Below, piece after piece: positions 29,301 to 42,300 of a stretch of DNA of 64,000 bases. This stretch comes from Antedon mediterranea (lineage: Eukaryota > Animalia > Echinodermata). The DNA is taken from NCBI RefSeq assembly GCF_964355755.1, contig NC_092675.1:1359812-1423811 (forward strand), given 5' to 3'. The notes below the pieces were generated by a model. It was not told where the DNA came from. It did no database searches and saw only the letters and a program-made list of their open reading frames with translations. A program made the translations under genes and the position numbers. Each line of letters begins with the position of its first letter. The stretch's first letter is position 1.

Positions 29301-32300
29301 ATAGGTTAAAGAAGCAATTGTAAATTCATACCTTATAAATGTATGCAGACCTCGCACTTGGGTTGTATCTTTTACTTTATACAGTGTCTGTGGTAGAGGT
29401 TGGTCAACATGAGCGGACAGTAAATCAGCCCTATTTGTGTAAAAATAAAAATATAATAATATAAAAATAATGGTGTCCAACAAAAAGTATATTTATTCTG
29501 AAATTATTCAGTGTTTCTTTTTTTCTTTTAATGAAATTTTAATTTACCTAGACTTTCCAGGCCTCGGAAAATTCTTTTTAGGTTTTTATGCATGAAACCT
29601 CTTAAGCAAATCATTTTACCTTAAAAAAAGCCTACAAAAGGAAGGTGGGGTCATCAGCTCCTAACACATCAGAAATAATGTCCTATTGCTTGATTTTCCC
29701 TGTAAATTTGTATTGCTAAATTCTGGTTAATATATATAATATACAAGAATACCAATATAATTGAAACGTACCTAAAATTGAATCCTCTCTGAAATATAAG
29801 AAAGTAAGAGTAATAGAATTGTAATGGTTTTACTATTTTGATAATGTAAGAATTCCTAGTTCTTATTTACCATCATGTAAATTGAACATTGCAATTTAGG
29901 CAATGTCTATCAAAACTTGTGCTGTTTACAGTAAAGGTAAAAATAATCAACATTAATTTTAGTTGTAGGTAAATTTATTTAGTTGTAGGTAAGTTGTTGG
30001 TAAGCTGTAGGTAAGTTGTAGGTAAGCTGTAGGTAAGCTGTAGGTAAGTTGTAGGTAAGCTGTACATAAGTTGTAGGTAAATTGTAGATAAGTTGTAGGT
30101 AAGTTGTAGCCCTTCAAAACTTACCAACTCCAATTGGTCATGGACATGTTGTACTATCAAACTCATTGCAACTTCATTTTCTGCACCTGAGTATAACATA
30201 TAGAATAATTACAATGTTATTGTTGGATATTGCTGTGCATCAAATTACATTTCTTCAGGCGTTGTCTTCTGTTGTGAAGTTGAATGACAACATTCCTCTA
30301 TCAAAAAGTGGTATGGACGAAAACATTTAATATACCATATATGACAGAGTAAATCCCATGCCAGTACCATATTTATTGTAAGCTAAATTCAGATATTTGA
30401 TCTTGGTAAATTCTACTGTCAATACAATCCAAGTATTTTCCCCAATAAATTAATTTAAGAAAATATTTTTGTATATTTCTTTGTTTTTTCATTGTTTGTT
30501 TTATATGTTTTATGCGGGCCCCTTGACTGTCAGCACGTGCTGTTTAGGGTTACCCTCTCTAAATAAGGTTAAATAAATAAAATAAATGTATTGCAATATT
30601 TTGACTTACCCCTTGGAACCACAATATCTGCATACTGAATTGAAGGTTCTATAAACTGCTCAAACGAAGGCTTTACAAACTTATTGTATTGCTTAAGAAC
30701 GCCAACTAAATCACGCCCTCTTTCAGAAATATCACGCTTCAACCTCCTCGCCAGTCGTATATCTGAGTCAGTATCAACAAAGATTTTCATATCCATTATC
30801 TAAAATTCAATTTTTTTTAAATTAGCCGTAATTAATATTAGAAAATATTGTAAAAAAAATACTGTAGATCTATGAGAAGTGGCAATAATTTATATCAATG
30901 AAAAACTTGTTTAAAATGGAAAGAATTCAACTGTGTTTAGAGTAGTATACTGAAATTGAATTGATTGAAATTGGTAGGGAATTCCACAGACTTGGATCTG
31001 CCAAATAAATAGTTTGTTTAAACAATTCCATTGAGTTGAGTCTCTTTCAGTTCCATGTCAACTCAGTTCCATGTCGTAATTAGTAGCAGATCAAGGATTT
31101 TGAAATAGGGGTGCCCAGTGGCTGGCTGGGAACCACCCCTGGAAATAATGATTTAGATTAGAAACTCACTAAAACGTATTGGGAGAGTATCTGACACATA
31201 ATTTCAATAACGTACAGATAACTAAACTGTATATAAACAAGTATTTAAGAGTAATAACACTTACATCTAAAAGTCGTTTGTTTGCAAATGATAAAATGCC
31301 CTCAAATATTACAACATTAGCTCCATACATAACTTTCTGCAAATTGAAAAGCAAAAGTTTTAATTTGTCAATGAATATTAAACCTTCAGTAGCATGTATG
31401 TGCAAGGCAATCTAACAACAGGACACTGTGCTTGCCTTGTCAAGATAGGAACTCACAACAGTCCTGTGATTTACTTGGAACTGATCGGGTCGCAGCCACA
31501 GATAAACCATTTGATCTCCAGAGCTCAGCATCTTGTGTTAGATTGCCTGGTAGATGTATCGATTGTCACTGGGTAGTAACTACATTCACTACACTACATA
31601 CATTAATTAATTCATTCATAATATTTCACCTTTTCCTTTTGCCGTGCATGAGTTGTAAAATCATATATCGGAACCTGTAAATAAATATTCAAGAAATTAA
31701 CAATATTACTATATTCATTTTTTCAATCCAATTTATTTATTCTTATAAGATACATCACCTTATGTAACAAACAAAAATGAGAGTTTTTAAAAAGGTAGAA
31801 TGCACTTATGCTGGAGAAACTTAAATAAGCCCAGAGCCACAAGAAAAAAAACAGTATATAAAAATAATCATTCATAGAACGTATAATAATAATAATAAAT
31901 TATTATATAATAAAACAAAACTCTGAAACTATAGGTTGTTGGGCAATGAGTTAATACTGGTCACATAACAATTAATTATTTTGACCCAATTAAATCCAGT
32001 GCCATCAAGGCTTTAGAGTCAAAGGATCAACTTTATTTAAATATTGTATTTACCTCAACACGTTTGCCTTCTTTTAATTTCTTTAGTGTTTTAATTAGGA
32101 GGTCATAATCAAACGCATCAGGGTGATCAAAATTGTATTCATTTTCAGCAGCTTTAATATGTTGTTCTTCATTTAAAACCTAAAGAGGAAAAAATGGCAA
32201 ATTCATTATTTCTGAAAAGTCAAAAAAATTACATAATAAATATTCTCAAAACAAAATGTTCAAACTCCTTGAAAAAGTGTAGTTTTGAGCATCAAAGTTA

Positions 32301-33799
32301 AATGTATGTTTGTGCTGTTTATTGTTTTTTTTTTGTTTATTTATATTTATTGAGGGTAATCTATCCAGCAATTGCTGATCATTAGGGACCCTCAGAGGGT
32401 CACAAGACAAACATATACACCAGATGCTCTACATAAACAAAGTCTTATTACAAGTCTTTGGGAGTGGAGTTGTAGTTTTGTCCTTAGAAAAAATCGTTGA
32501 ATAGTGCTGTTTATTGGGTTCCCATTATACACACCTGGGTGGACAGAGGCAAAGATAAGTAAAGTATCTTGCCTAAGGATACAAGCAATGCGGCGAGAGT
32601 TGGATTCGAACCTCGATCTCTTGATCAGTAGTCCCAACGTCCAATACACTGCCCCACACGCCCCAACATACGTAATTATCAAATCAAATGACGAGCATAC
32701 AGTACACTGAAATGTGTTATAATAATGTATCTACACTTACTTTGTAGAATGAATCCATTGATAACAGAATAACCCATGGAACATTGAGCTCCTCAATAAT
32801 CTTGTTAGCAACAGTAGTTTTGCCAGAAGCACTGCCACCACACAATCCTAAATAAAGTAAATCAACTCAAATCAACAAAACTGGACACAGTAGGATCTGT
32901 AGTTGTGCTATCTGTTGGTACAGTAAAGCAGTCTTTGTAATTAATAGATTTATTTTCACTAGATATAATAATATTACATTTAGTTAGCTGTATTTTAGAT
33001 GGTTTTAAGGTGTTAAATGTCTATGGCCACATTAATATACAAATAATGACGTTTGTAAGTAAGTTCAATGGTGAGAATATTTCATGAGTTGACAGATTGA
33101 CTGCTCTAATAGAGCAATAGAAATAATACTGAACAGTAATTATGGCAAGACTACACCTGTGTTATAATAAATCTTAATACTGCACAATGAATACAAAGTA
33201 ATATGGTAAAACATGTTTTCACTGTACCTATGACAAATGCTCCTTTAAGTTGGCCATGTGCATTGTACCAGGGTGGTCGACCCGCTGTGTAGATTGTTCT
33301 TCGGCTTGTCCTTAGAACATTTTCAGAACCTACCGATATCGATCTTTTTCGTGGAATACGAGTTGGAGAAGAAGACATTGAGGAAGGTGCTATACTACCA
33401 TCAAACAGGTCATCGCTAGAACTAAAATTAGAAGATAATAATTGAAAGAAAAAAACTATTATTCAATGATACTTTTTTTTGGCAAAAATACAGAGTTGAT
33501 GCAGACTATACTCGTCATACAAGGGAAGTAAACATGTGGAATTGTAGGCCAGCAGTTCAAACAGTGTAAAAAGTGGGATGCAAACAATGTCATTAAAACA
33601 AATTGTAGAAGGTAACATTGCCATTGAGCAGACTAAATGCTAGGGTCTCTAGGAGAAGGTTTGATTCATCACACATTAGTTGAATGAAAAAGCCCTTATT
33701 ACGCTTGAACTATGCATTATTGTACAAATGAGATTCTGCACAGTATAGGATGATGTCTACTTACTTGCTATCCGAACTGACAACAGATGCATACTCCAT
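26330..33799 (-). CDS. UCKL1: Uridine-cytidine kinase-like 1 (kinase + UPRTase-like domain), 17 coding exons
   Basis: Exons 33799-33765, 33421-33228, 32847-32741, 32179-32054, 31674-31630, 31336-31265, 30799-30610, 30186-30125, 29788-29772, 29430-29332, 29221-29128, 28428-28369, 27831-27709, 27521-27414, 26957-26900, 26679-26581, 26370-26330. Motifs [12 protein letters not shown]-loop [59 protein letters not shown] non-coding first exon probably ends near 34766. Confidence 0.96.
28498..28810. mobile_element. Possible hAT-like MITE
   Basis: Ends CAGACCTC ... GAGGTCTG with internal ATATCGGGAG repeats; no clean TSD. Confidence 0.4.
28930..29104. mobile_element. hAT-like MITE
   Basis: TIRs CAGAGGTGGATTCA ... 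TGAATCCGCCCCTG, internal G and C runs, flanks ATGATTTC / ATGTCTTC (6 of 8 match). Confidence 0.6.
29960..30109. repeat. 11-bp tandem repeat GTAGGTAAG(T/C)T in a UCKL1 intron
   Basis: About 12 units starting about 15 nt after the donor of exon 30186-30125. Confidence 0.9.
31430..31575. repeat. Dispersed repeat, second copy at about 50168-50325
   Basis: Shared TGTCAAGAT.GGAACT...AACAGTCCT and GGAACTGATCG.GTCGC.GCCACAGATAAACC.TTTGATC. Confidence 0.6.
32398..32666 (-). mobile_element. tRNA-derived SINE with CORE-like central domain
   Basis: Minus strand: A-box-like TGGGGCAGTG, B box GGTTCGAATCC, then CCTTAGGCAAGATACTTTAC...CCACCCAGGTGTGTATAATGGG. Confidence 0.75.
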
Positions 33800-35033
33800 T
33801 TCTTCAAGAATTTACTCTCTGCAGTTTGCATTAAAGACACTAGTTAGTTAGTAGACGTTTGTTGTCATTCTTTGCCCTAGGTTAAAAACATGGGTTTTCA
33901 GTAAAAAGTAGAATTCTGCTGTTTTGATGAATATTGTTTATTCCATTATTTTATTCAAAGAAAATACAAATTAATACCTTTCATATACATATTTTATACG
34001 CATCCAACAGCGAGAAACGTCCAATTATAGGATGGATATTAACATTTTATAATTAATTATTATTGTGCCTATAAACTAAGCCCTAGCTAGGCCCCTAAGT
34101 CTCATTTGAGGTTTAGGGAGTGGGGTTGAAAGGGTCGTGAGTTACAACACTGTCACTAGCTAGTTCAGGATTGAACCCTGTACCCTGGGATTGGAAGGCA
34201 AGCACGTTAACCACCAATCTACAGCTCCACTACATATAGCAAATTATATAGAAAAAAAATGGAATAAGGACTGCGAAGCAAGTACAATTATCAATTCAAT
34301 AGCCTAATAGGTGACAAGGCGCTACTTACTACTACTAGCTAGAGGCCTACTAGCCTACTAAAGTACTAACTACTAGCTAGGCCTAGGCCTATATAGGGCC
34401 CTGTATAGGCTACTAATAATCAATAATAATACAATTAAATTAAAGTGAACCAGCAAACAAGAAAAATGGTTAGACTCTCTGGTAATTATTATATAGAAAA
34501 GTAAACCGCTTGCTTATACTCTATCTTCTTTCTTTCTAGCCTAGAGGCCATTGACAAAAGGCATCCCATCCCTGTCTACCCTAGTTACTAGTACTAGGCC
34601 TAGGCGTAGGCCTAGCTAGGTAGCTTTAGTAGTAGGCCTACTAGCTAGGCTAGGGCTAGGCCTATGCTCTGAACGCCCATACTAATAATAATTAATTATA
34701 ATCATTTATATCCTAGCTCCTATAATATATTTGCAAATCAATACAATACATGTAATTATTTTTACCAGGAGTTAAAATACGCATCGACTAGCCTAGGCTA
34801 CAAACAACTGTAGTATGTCTCTCTGCTGCATGCTGGCCTGGCTGATCCGGTTTTGTATAGTGTACTTTTTTTGGTCGACGAATCGTGGTCTCACACGGGA
34901 GGGGGGGGTGGGAAAGGTATATTCAGAGCGTCATTCTGACGACTGGAGCATTCTCTACTTCTCTACGGAGCGCCATTTATGCCTTTATTAATAAATAATA
35001 ATAAATAATAGAAATAGTACTACAGTACGGTAA

Positions 35034-37072
35034 TTGTTCAAGTGGACCCAATTTAGCACCAGGGTAGCATAGTGATATCAAATAGAAATAAAGTCACTTT
35101 TTCCAAATGGACCTAATTTGAAGTCGCTTAGTTTCAATATCTTTTCGTATGTCAATACACTGCAGTGCTCAAGTGGACACAATTTGGCACCAGTGGAGCA
35201 CAGTGATATAAACTAGAAATAAGTCACTGAATGTTAATATCTTTTCGTATTTAAAACATCGAGAAAAAATACTTCTGGAAATACTTCAAAAATATTTCAA
35301 ACTTGCTAAATAATGTTAAATATCGGTTACTCCATCCGTAATGCAAAATAAAAATTAGTTTCAACCCATATCAGTGATTGTAATAACTTGCGTTTGTCTA
35401 AGATATCTAAGATACTTATTTTGTGTCCCCGGAAAGTGCACATATTCCTTGTATAGATATATGATATGAATTAATTAAATATTAAGTCTCCAGTATTAGC
35501 CCACCATGGTTGGGGCAGAGATAATAATAAAAATAGAGCCAAGAATTGCACTTATACTTATTACTATACATAATCACCTATGATAATTATGATAATGTTA
35601 AAATTTCAACTATTCAGATGCTCACTTCAAAATTTAGGTGGAGTTTTCTACTTTAAAAACTCGACTTCGTATATGCCTAAGGCCTAGCCCGGCGGCGGAA
35701 TTAGTCTATGCTTCGAAATTGGTCTAGAAATCGGCATCTTTGCAAAATGTTCTATATTTTATCTTATTTCACTCTCCATTAACCCAATACAAAAACCATC
35801 GGAAACAAACTATCTGTTTAAAACACGTTTATTCTGGGACGGTGCGGCCATACACACCAACTACCATAAACTTTTATTCATAACATTATTACAATACCGT
35901 ACAATATCTTTCATGAATCAAACATTTTCGCTACCAATGTAGCAACATTGATTAACAAAATCAGAATTTAACAGTAGCGTCTTGACCGCGAATGACAAAC
36001 AATAGCGTCTTTCCCACTACACCTGCACAACCATTGCATAACAACGCACGGAATTGAAAATAAATATTGTTTTTCTTTGATTTTGAAGAGAGATATTTCA
36101 TTTTCTGCCATAAAACCTCGAAAAGAAGCCCATGTGCTCCTTCATTTTTAGTACTCTTGGGTGGGCTTCTTTTCCACATGGAATTCTTTTCGAGATTACT
36201 TTTGCAAACTAAAAGAGAAGAACTGCTAGATTCCCGCCCAGAAAATGTTTTATTTACATGATTTGAACAATCTTCTAATGTAAAGATTGACAACATCACC
36301 ATTTTAAACATTGACTCTGTTAAAAGGAAACCATATTGTTGAAGGATTGCATGGCGAAATCAAATATTGATATAAAGTTTGCGTTGAGTTTTGTATATTA
36401 GTTCTGAAAAGAACTGTTGAGTTTCTCGACGTTTCGATCAATATGCTTTGATCGTCCTGTATTAACATACGAAAACACTTATTTTTATTTTATATTACTG
36501 TGCTCCACTAGCAACTAATTGGGTTCACTTGAGCACAGTGTATAGAACATACAAACAGATATTAAAGTTCAGTGACTTGGGGCTAATTCTATTTTATATC
36601 ACTGTGCTCCACTGGCGCCAAATTGGATACACTTGAGCACAGTACATACGAAAAGATATTAAAGTTCAGCAAACTTATTTCTATTTTATATCACTGTGCT
36701 CCACTGGTGCCAAATTAGGTCCACTTGAGCACAGTTTATTAACATACAAAAAGATATTAACATTTAGTGACTTTAAATTTCTGTTATATCGCTGTGCTCC
36801 ACTGGCGGCAAATTGAGTCTACTTGAGCACAGTGATAAACATACGAATGAGATATAACATGTAGTGATTTTATTTCTATTTTATAACCCTGTGCTCCGCT
36901 TGTGCCAAATTGGGTCCACTTGAGCACAGTGTATAAACATACGAATGAGATATAACATTGTATGTAGTGATTTTATTTATATTTTATCACTGGGACTGAC
37001 TGTGCTCCCCTTGTGCCAAATTGGGTCCACTTGAGCACAGTGTATTAACATACGAATGAGATATAACATTGT
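35034..37072. mobile_element. Inverted arrays of an about 90-bp unit flanking a 1.2-kb core (foldback-like remnant)
   Basis: Two units (GTGCTCAAGTGGACACAATTTGGCACCAGTGGAGCACAGTGATAT) at 35034-35250; about 6 reverse-complement units at 36465-37072. Confidence 0.6.
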
Positions 37073-37096
37073 AAGTTCTGAATATTCCGGTGTCTG

Positions 37097-37596
37097 ATCA
37101 TTTCGGCCGCCAGTCATTTCGGCCGCCGGTTATGGAATTGCCAAATTCATGAAACGCCAAAAAGGACAAAATATGTATTGTTAATTTCGGCCGCCAGAAT
37201 TGTAATTATTCTTGAATGTGTATGACACGCCATGTGTGTTAAAATGTTAATATTTTACTAAATAGTGTATTATTAAGCCGAATCGGCGGTCTTCAATTCC
37301 AGAAACAGCAAGCGATATTTATAGCGTGCACATTGCCATCACTACAGTGAATATTAATGATATTTTTTTAATAAGAAGGAGTTGATGCTGAAGTTTTTAG
37401 CCCATTGCACAACTGATCTCTAGTTTAAATGACCATAATGCTCTGTGGCGTTCCATAGACTTTTTTTTTTCACTGTAATTCTGTACAGTTATTTATGGCT
37501 ATTTTAATCTGGCGCGCCATACCTGGCGGCCGAAATGATCATGCCATATTTTGTCCTTTTATTTCATGAATTTGGTCGTTCCATCGGCCGAAATGC
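37097..37596. mobile_element. MITE with long imperfect inverted ends
   Basis: CATTTCGGCCG...CCAAATTCATGAAA...AAAAGGACAAAATATG on the left is mirrored by CATATTTTGTCCTTTT ATTTCATGAATTTGG...CGGCCGAAATG on the right. Confidence 0.7.
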
Positions 37597-39365
37597 ACTG
37601 TGACCAATATTCCTCCTCCTCACATGGGGTTTGGTGGATGATCGAGGCGGCAAACGTCTGTATCATCATAAGTCTACTACTTGTTTTTACAATAACCAGA
37701 GGGCGGTATATATTCAAATAATTACATTTCAGTATACCACCGGGCGGCTTAGAATGTAATATGTGCCTGTGATGTTTATATTATACATACCATAGGTACA
37801 GAACAAATTCTAAACCGCCCGAACCAAGATTCGAACCCGGCTGCTTCATGCAGATGTCCTAACCATTAGACCACTTGTTCAACCCCATTGGATAGCGACT
37901 CTTTAACATTCTCGCGAAACAGCACTATATATATTAAGAATTCTAGAAAAAAAAATGCTTTGGAATATATAACAAATTGGAGAAAAATCAAATATTATTT
38001 ATTAAAATGGAATTTTGTTATTCTGAAATGTCAGAAGATTCTGTGTCAAAATTTAATATTATGTTAATGTTACATTGACAAAAAAGATAAAACAGGATAT
38101 GTTCAATCAGTGTGTGTGAGCAATGAATAAGAACAATACGGAATGTCATTGAACGAATGGAATTTGGCATTTTATAGATGGAGAAGTGTGTTATTATTAT
38201 TTCCAGGCTTAAAAAAACTATTCCCCTAGTAATATCATTTCTGATGATTGGTCAATTCGTCTTATTTGTGAATTCTGTCTTCATTTTTCGGTGACATTTT
38301 GTAAAATAGGTAGTAGGCCTATATGAAAAAATATACGTTAAACTTTTTAATGAGTTTATCTCATTTAATATTGCCAATAACAATAATATTTGAAATTGAA
38401 ACTCAGCTTAAATACAGATCAAATACAAAACCATTAAACAAATATGGCTAAAAGTAGTTAAAATTGATTACAATTTTTTTTTAATTACAGGCAAATTACG
38501 GGCAGAAACATAGCGAAAAACCTTACTTAGCAAAATAAACAGCAACAGAGGGCGTGCTATTTATTATTTCGTCCCATATTAAAGATAAAGAAAACTCGAG
38601 GTTTTAGTAAGTATTTGTGACGTCACCAATATATCGATTTTCCTGACGCATGGTCTGTATACCTAGTAACACCCGCAAATAACTTCAATTAATGTGGCGA
38701 TGCTATCATGCAAAAAAACAACAACAAGCATACCAAGTTTTGGCGGCCTATTAGTATTTAGCAAATTTGGCTTTCTTTAGTAAGAGAAAGCAGGCTGGTG
38801 ACTACAGTAGGCCTAAAGGCCCCTAAAACAGGAACACCGTTACTCGAACGAACAAGGGTTAATATACGTTTCAACCTTACAGCCAACTCCTACGTAGGGG
38901 TACCCTATTAAATGGGGAACTTTGTTGTGTCATAAAATGTTCTCCTTTCATAAAGGTTCTACTGTACTATCACTTCTTGTACTTTTGACTGAAAAGGGAT
39001 CCATTAATTGTTTATAAACATTTGTTTCCCAAACTAATTGATTCATTAAACAATATTAACTATATTTCTTTTATATATTTACATTATTATTATTAAAGAT
39101 GTAATGTAGTGTAGAGAATACTTAAATATCATGGCCTAAGAATACAAATTATTTTATTATACTGTATAATAATGTTATATTTATTATAATTCTAATGATA
39201 ATAATAAAAACATTTAGTCGTTTATTTCTTTACGGTTTTTATACTACAAATATGAAATTACCATAAATTACATTCAAGTACTACTTAACTATTACTTTTA
39301 AAGAAAATATGTGTCCCTATCTAACATAGGATTGTATTATTCGTGATTAAGTAAAAGAGTTATTC

Positions 39366-42300
39366 TTAGAAATTTACTTTCTTGTTTCTAAAAACAAACT
39401 GTTTCAAATAATGCCGCTCGTTGTACTTATTTACATCCTCTTCAATCTGACATCCTGCAGATGTATCAATGTGAAATCCTTGACAGTTATCTTTTCTTAA
39501 ACACTGTAAAGCACATCTCATGTACTTAACTGTCATTTTAACTCCAAACTCAGACACCCCTGAGTTCACTCCACGAGGCTCGACAAATTGGAAATAAACA
39601 CTGGTATCTGAAAGACAAATACGGACTCGGAAAATGATATATGTTGGAGTTGATTTTACTTTAGGCGTGATGTGTAGGTTGTGGCCGGTTTGCTTATAGA
39701 AATCCCAAAATAATGTTAAAACGCGCAGAAATTTCATTTAAAAATATATACGCAGACGCATGAAACGTGTTCAATTTTATTTTGCCTTATTATTGACAAT
39801 ATAGAAATTATCGGATTATAAATTATAAATCGTTTTTTTTTACTTGGTATTTACACCTCAAACTAATCACTTACCCTGCTCACAGATATATCCGTCAGAG
39901 TTTGAGTTCAAATCAGCGGTCACATCAATGTCTAGGAGCATCATACCTTTAGTATCAATTCTGGTGCCAGCTATAACTTCTCTGCTAGTGCCCGGATCTT
40001 CCGGATTCCACGCAATCGAAGAATCAAAATCTTGTCCTGTTTCCCATTTCCAGTTTGTATCTTCGTTACCTAATCCCGCCTGACGTGATAATCCGATGGC
40101 GTATATACCTTCTTTGAAAACGGTATTAACGTAGTCGAGTACTGCAGTAACTTCACCACTGGTAAGAAGACTAGCAAGATATCCACCAGAAGACTCACAT
40201 GTAGCCTTTGCATCAGACCACGTCATTATTGTTTCATAACGTAACGTCGTTATAACGTAACGTGACCACTTGTATAATAATTCAGCATAATCTTTTGAGA
40301 AATACAAGAAAGTGCATAAAACTCATGTCACCTAAATAGAAAAACGTCATTTGTAATATTTATTCTGTGATCTTTGTAAAAATTTCGTCTGTGAAAACAA
40401 AGGCTCTCTCCATTATATGAATTACACAATGTACTCAGAGACCACAGCATGACTTTGATAAAAATGCTATAGACCGTTTTAATTTACGCTGATAAGTCGA
40501 TTAATATTCAGTAACAATCTTAATATTTTACTCAGAAAATCTCATAAATCCATTTTTTGTTTAGATATCTTTTTAAATCAAAAAAATAATTCACATTTCT
40601 AAAATAGAAAATTGCATATTATTAACAAGATAGTTTTTGTCTTAGTGTTTTGGGGTAATCTGTTTTGAGTCAGTCCTAGAATGTTTGACGTTAAGGCGAG
40701 TAGGTGACTATTGTCACACCATTATCTATCATGCGCACCTGCAAACACTTAGACATAAATTACTTACTTTCTTCGCAAATAAAGCCCTTGAAGTACATGT
40801 TCAAATTCTCGTCTTCATTAACGTCCACCAATTCGACATTATTGGTAAAAATGGCAACACCAGCTCTTTTGCTATTGATACTATTGGGATCACCAGGAAG
40901 CCATGGAATAATAGAGGAATCGAATTCTTGGTCTGTTTCCCATTTCCAGTTGTTGTCCTTGTTTATTTCTAATCCCGCCTGACGTGATAATCCGATGGCG
41001 TATCCACTTGCTCCGTAGACGGTATTAACGTAGTCAAGTACTGCTGTAACTTCATCATTGTTAAGAAGGGTAACAAGATAGCCACCAGAAGACTCACATG
41101 TAACCTTTGCGTCAGGCCATGTCGTTACGTGTTGTTCGTTAAACATCGTCACAATGTACCGTGACACTTATACAGTAAAGCAGCATCGCCTTTAAAATAA
41201 CAAAAGTTAAATCACACATCAACATTTGAAGCATTGCTTTTCTTGGTTTGATTTGATCAAACGTGTGGATTTTTTTAAGCATAAGAACTTAAAAATAACA
41301 ATATCTTCAAACAGTATTAATGGAGAGGAAAATATTGTGATCTTTAACACAATATGCAGGTTGTTATTACTTAAAATACATAAACAAAAGAGAGTGCAGT
41401 GTCCTTAAGATTGCCATTTCTTCTAGGCATTTATATTTTAGGAGGAGGAATAATTTATCTCAACAAACTTACTTTCTTCACATATATACCCCTCTGAGTA
41501 TGTGTTCAAAATATCCTCAGCGTCAGTATCTATCAAATAGATTCCAGTAGTATGGATTCTCACACCAGCTGCTATATTGTTGTCGCTATTAGGATCATCA
41601 GCATGCCACGTAACAGAAGAACCAAACGTTTGTCCTATTTCCCATTTCCAGTTTGTATCTACTTATTTATCTAATCCCACCTGACGTGATAATCCGATAG
41701 CGTATCGACCTTCTCCGTAAACGGTATTAACGTAGTCGAGGACTGCAGTCAGTTCATCATTGGTAAGAAGACTGACAAGATATCCACCAGAAGACTCACA
41801 GTCAGCTTTTGCATCAGACCACGTCATTTCTAGTTGATCCTTTAACATCTTTACAGTGTACCGTGACCACTTGTATTTCAATTCAGAATCACCTTTGGTA
41901 AACAATGAAAATACACATACTTGGATTCTGAACAAATGAGGATTGAGGTAATCATATAAAATGGTTTATATTCAATTGTTAAGTTTGTAAGGTAACCCAG
42001 GGTGTTTAATCATTGCTAATATTTGGATTTTTCTTTCAATATTTTCTATTATTCTGAACAAATGAGGATTGAGGTAACAATCATAATATGGTTCATATTC
42101 AATTGTTAAGTTTGTAAGCTAACCCAGGGTAGTCTAATCATATTTCTAATATTTGGATTAGAATAAATATCTCTAAATAAGTTTTTTAATGTATCGTTGT
42201 ATATTTTGAATAGATTAATTTGCAATGCACAAACAAAGAATGCTCCATTGCAAGATTATGGTTCTCTCAGCTTTCCAGTCCCATTATCGATAATTTTAAA

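Noticed and set aside
32595-32666. tRNA genes here and at about 10810-10877, 34150-34230 and 37815-37880
   Set aside because: A/B boxes without a complete cloverleaf; two continue into SINE bodies, so these are read as SINE heads.
35961-36311. 116-aa ORF as a transposase of the inverted-array element
   Set aside because: No recognisable DDE or DNA-binding motif.
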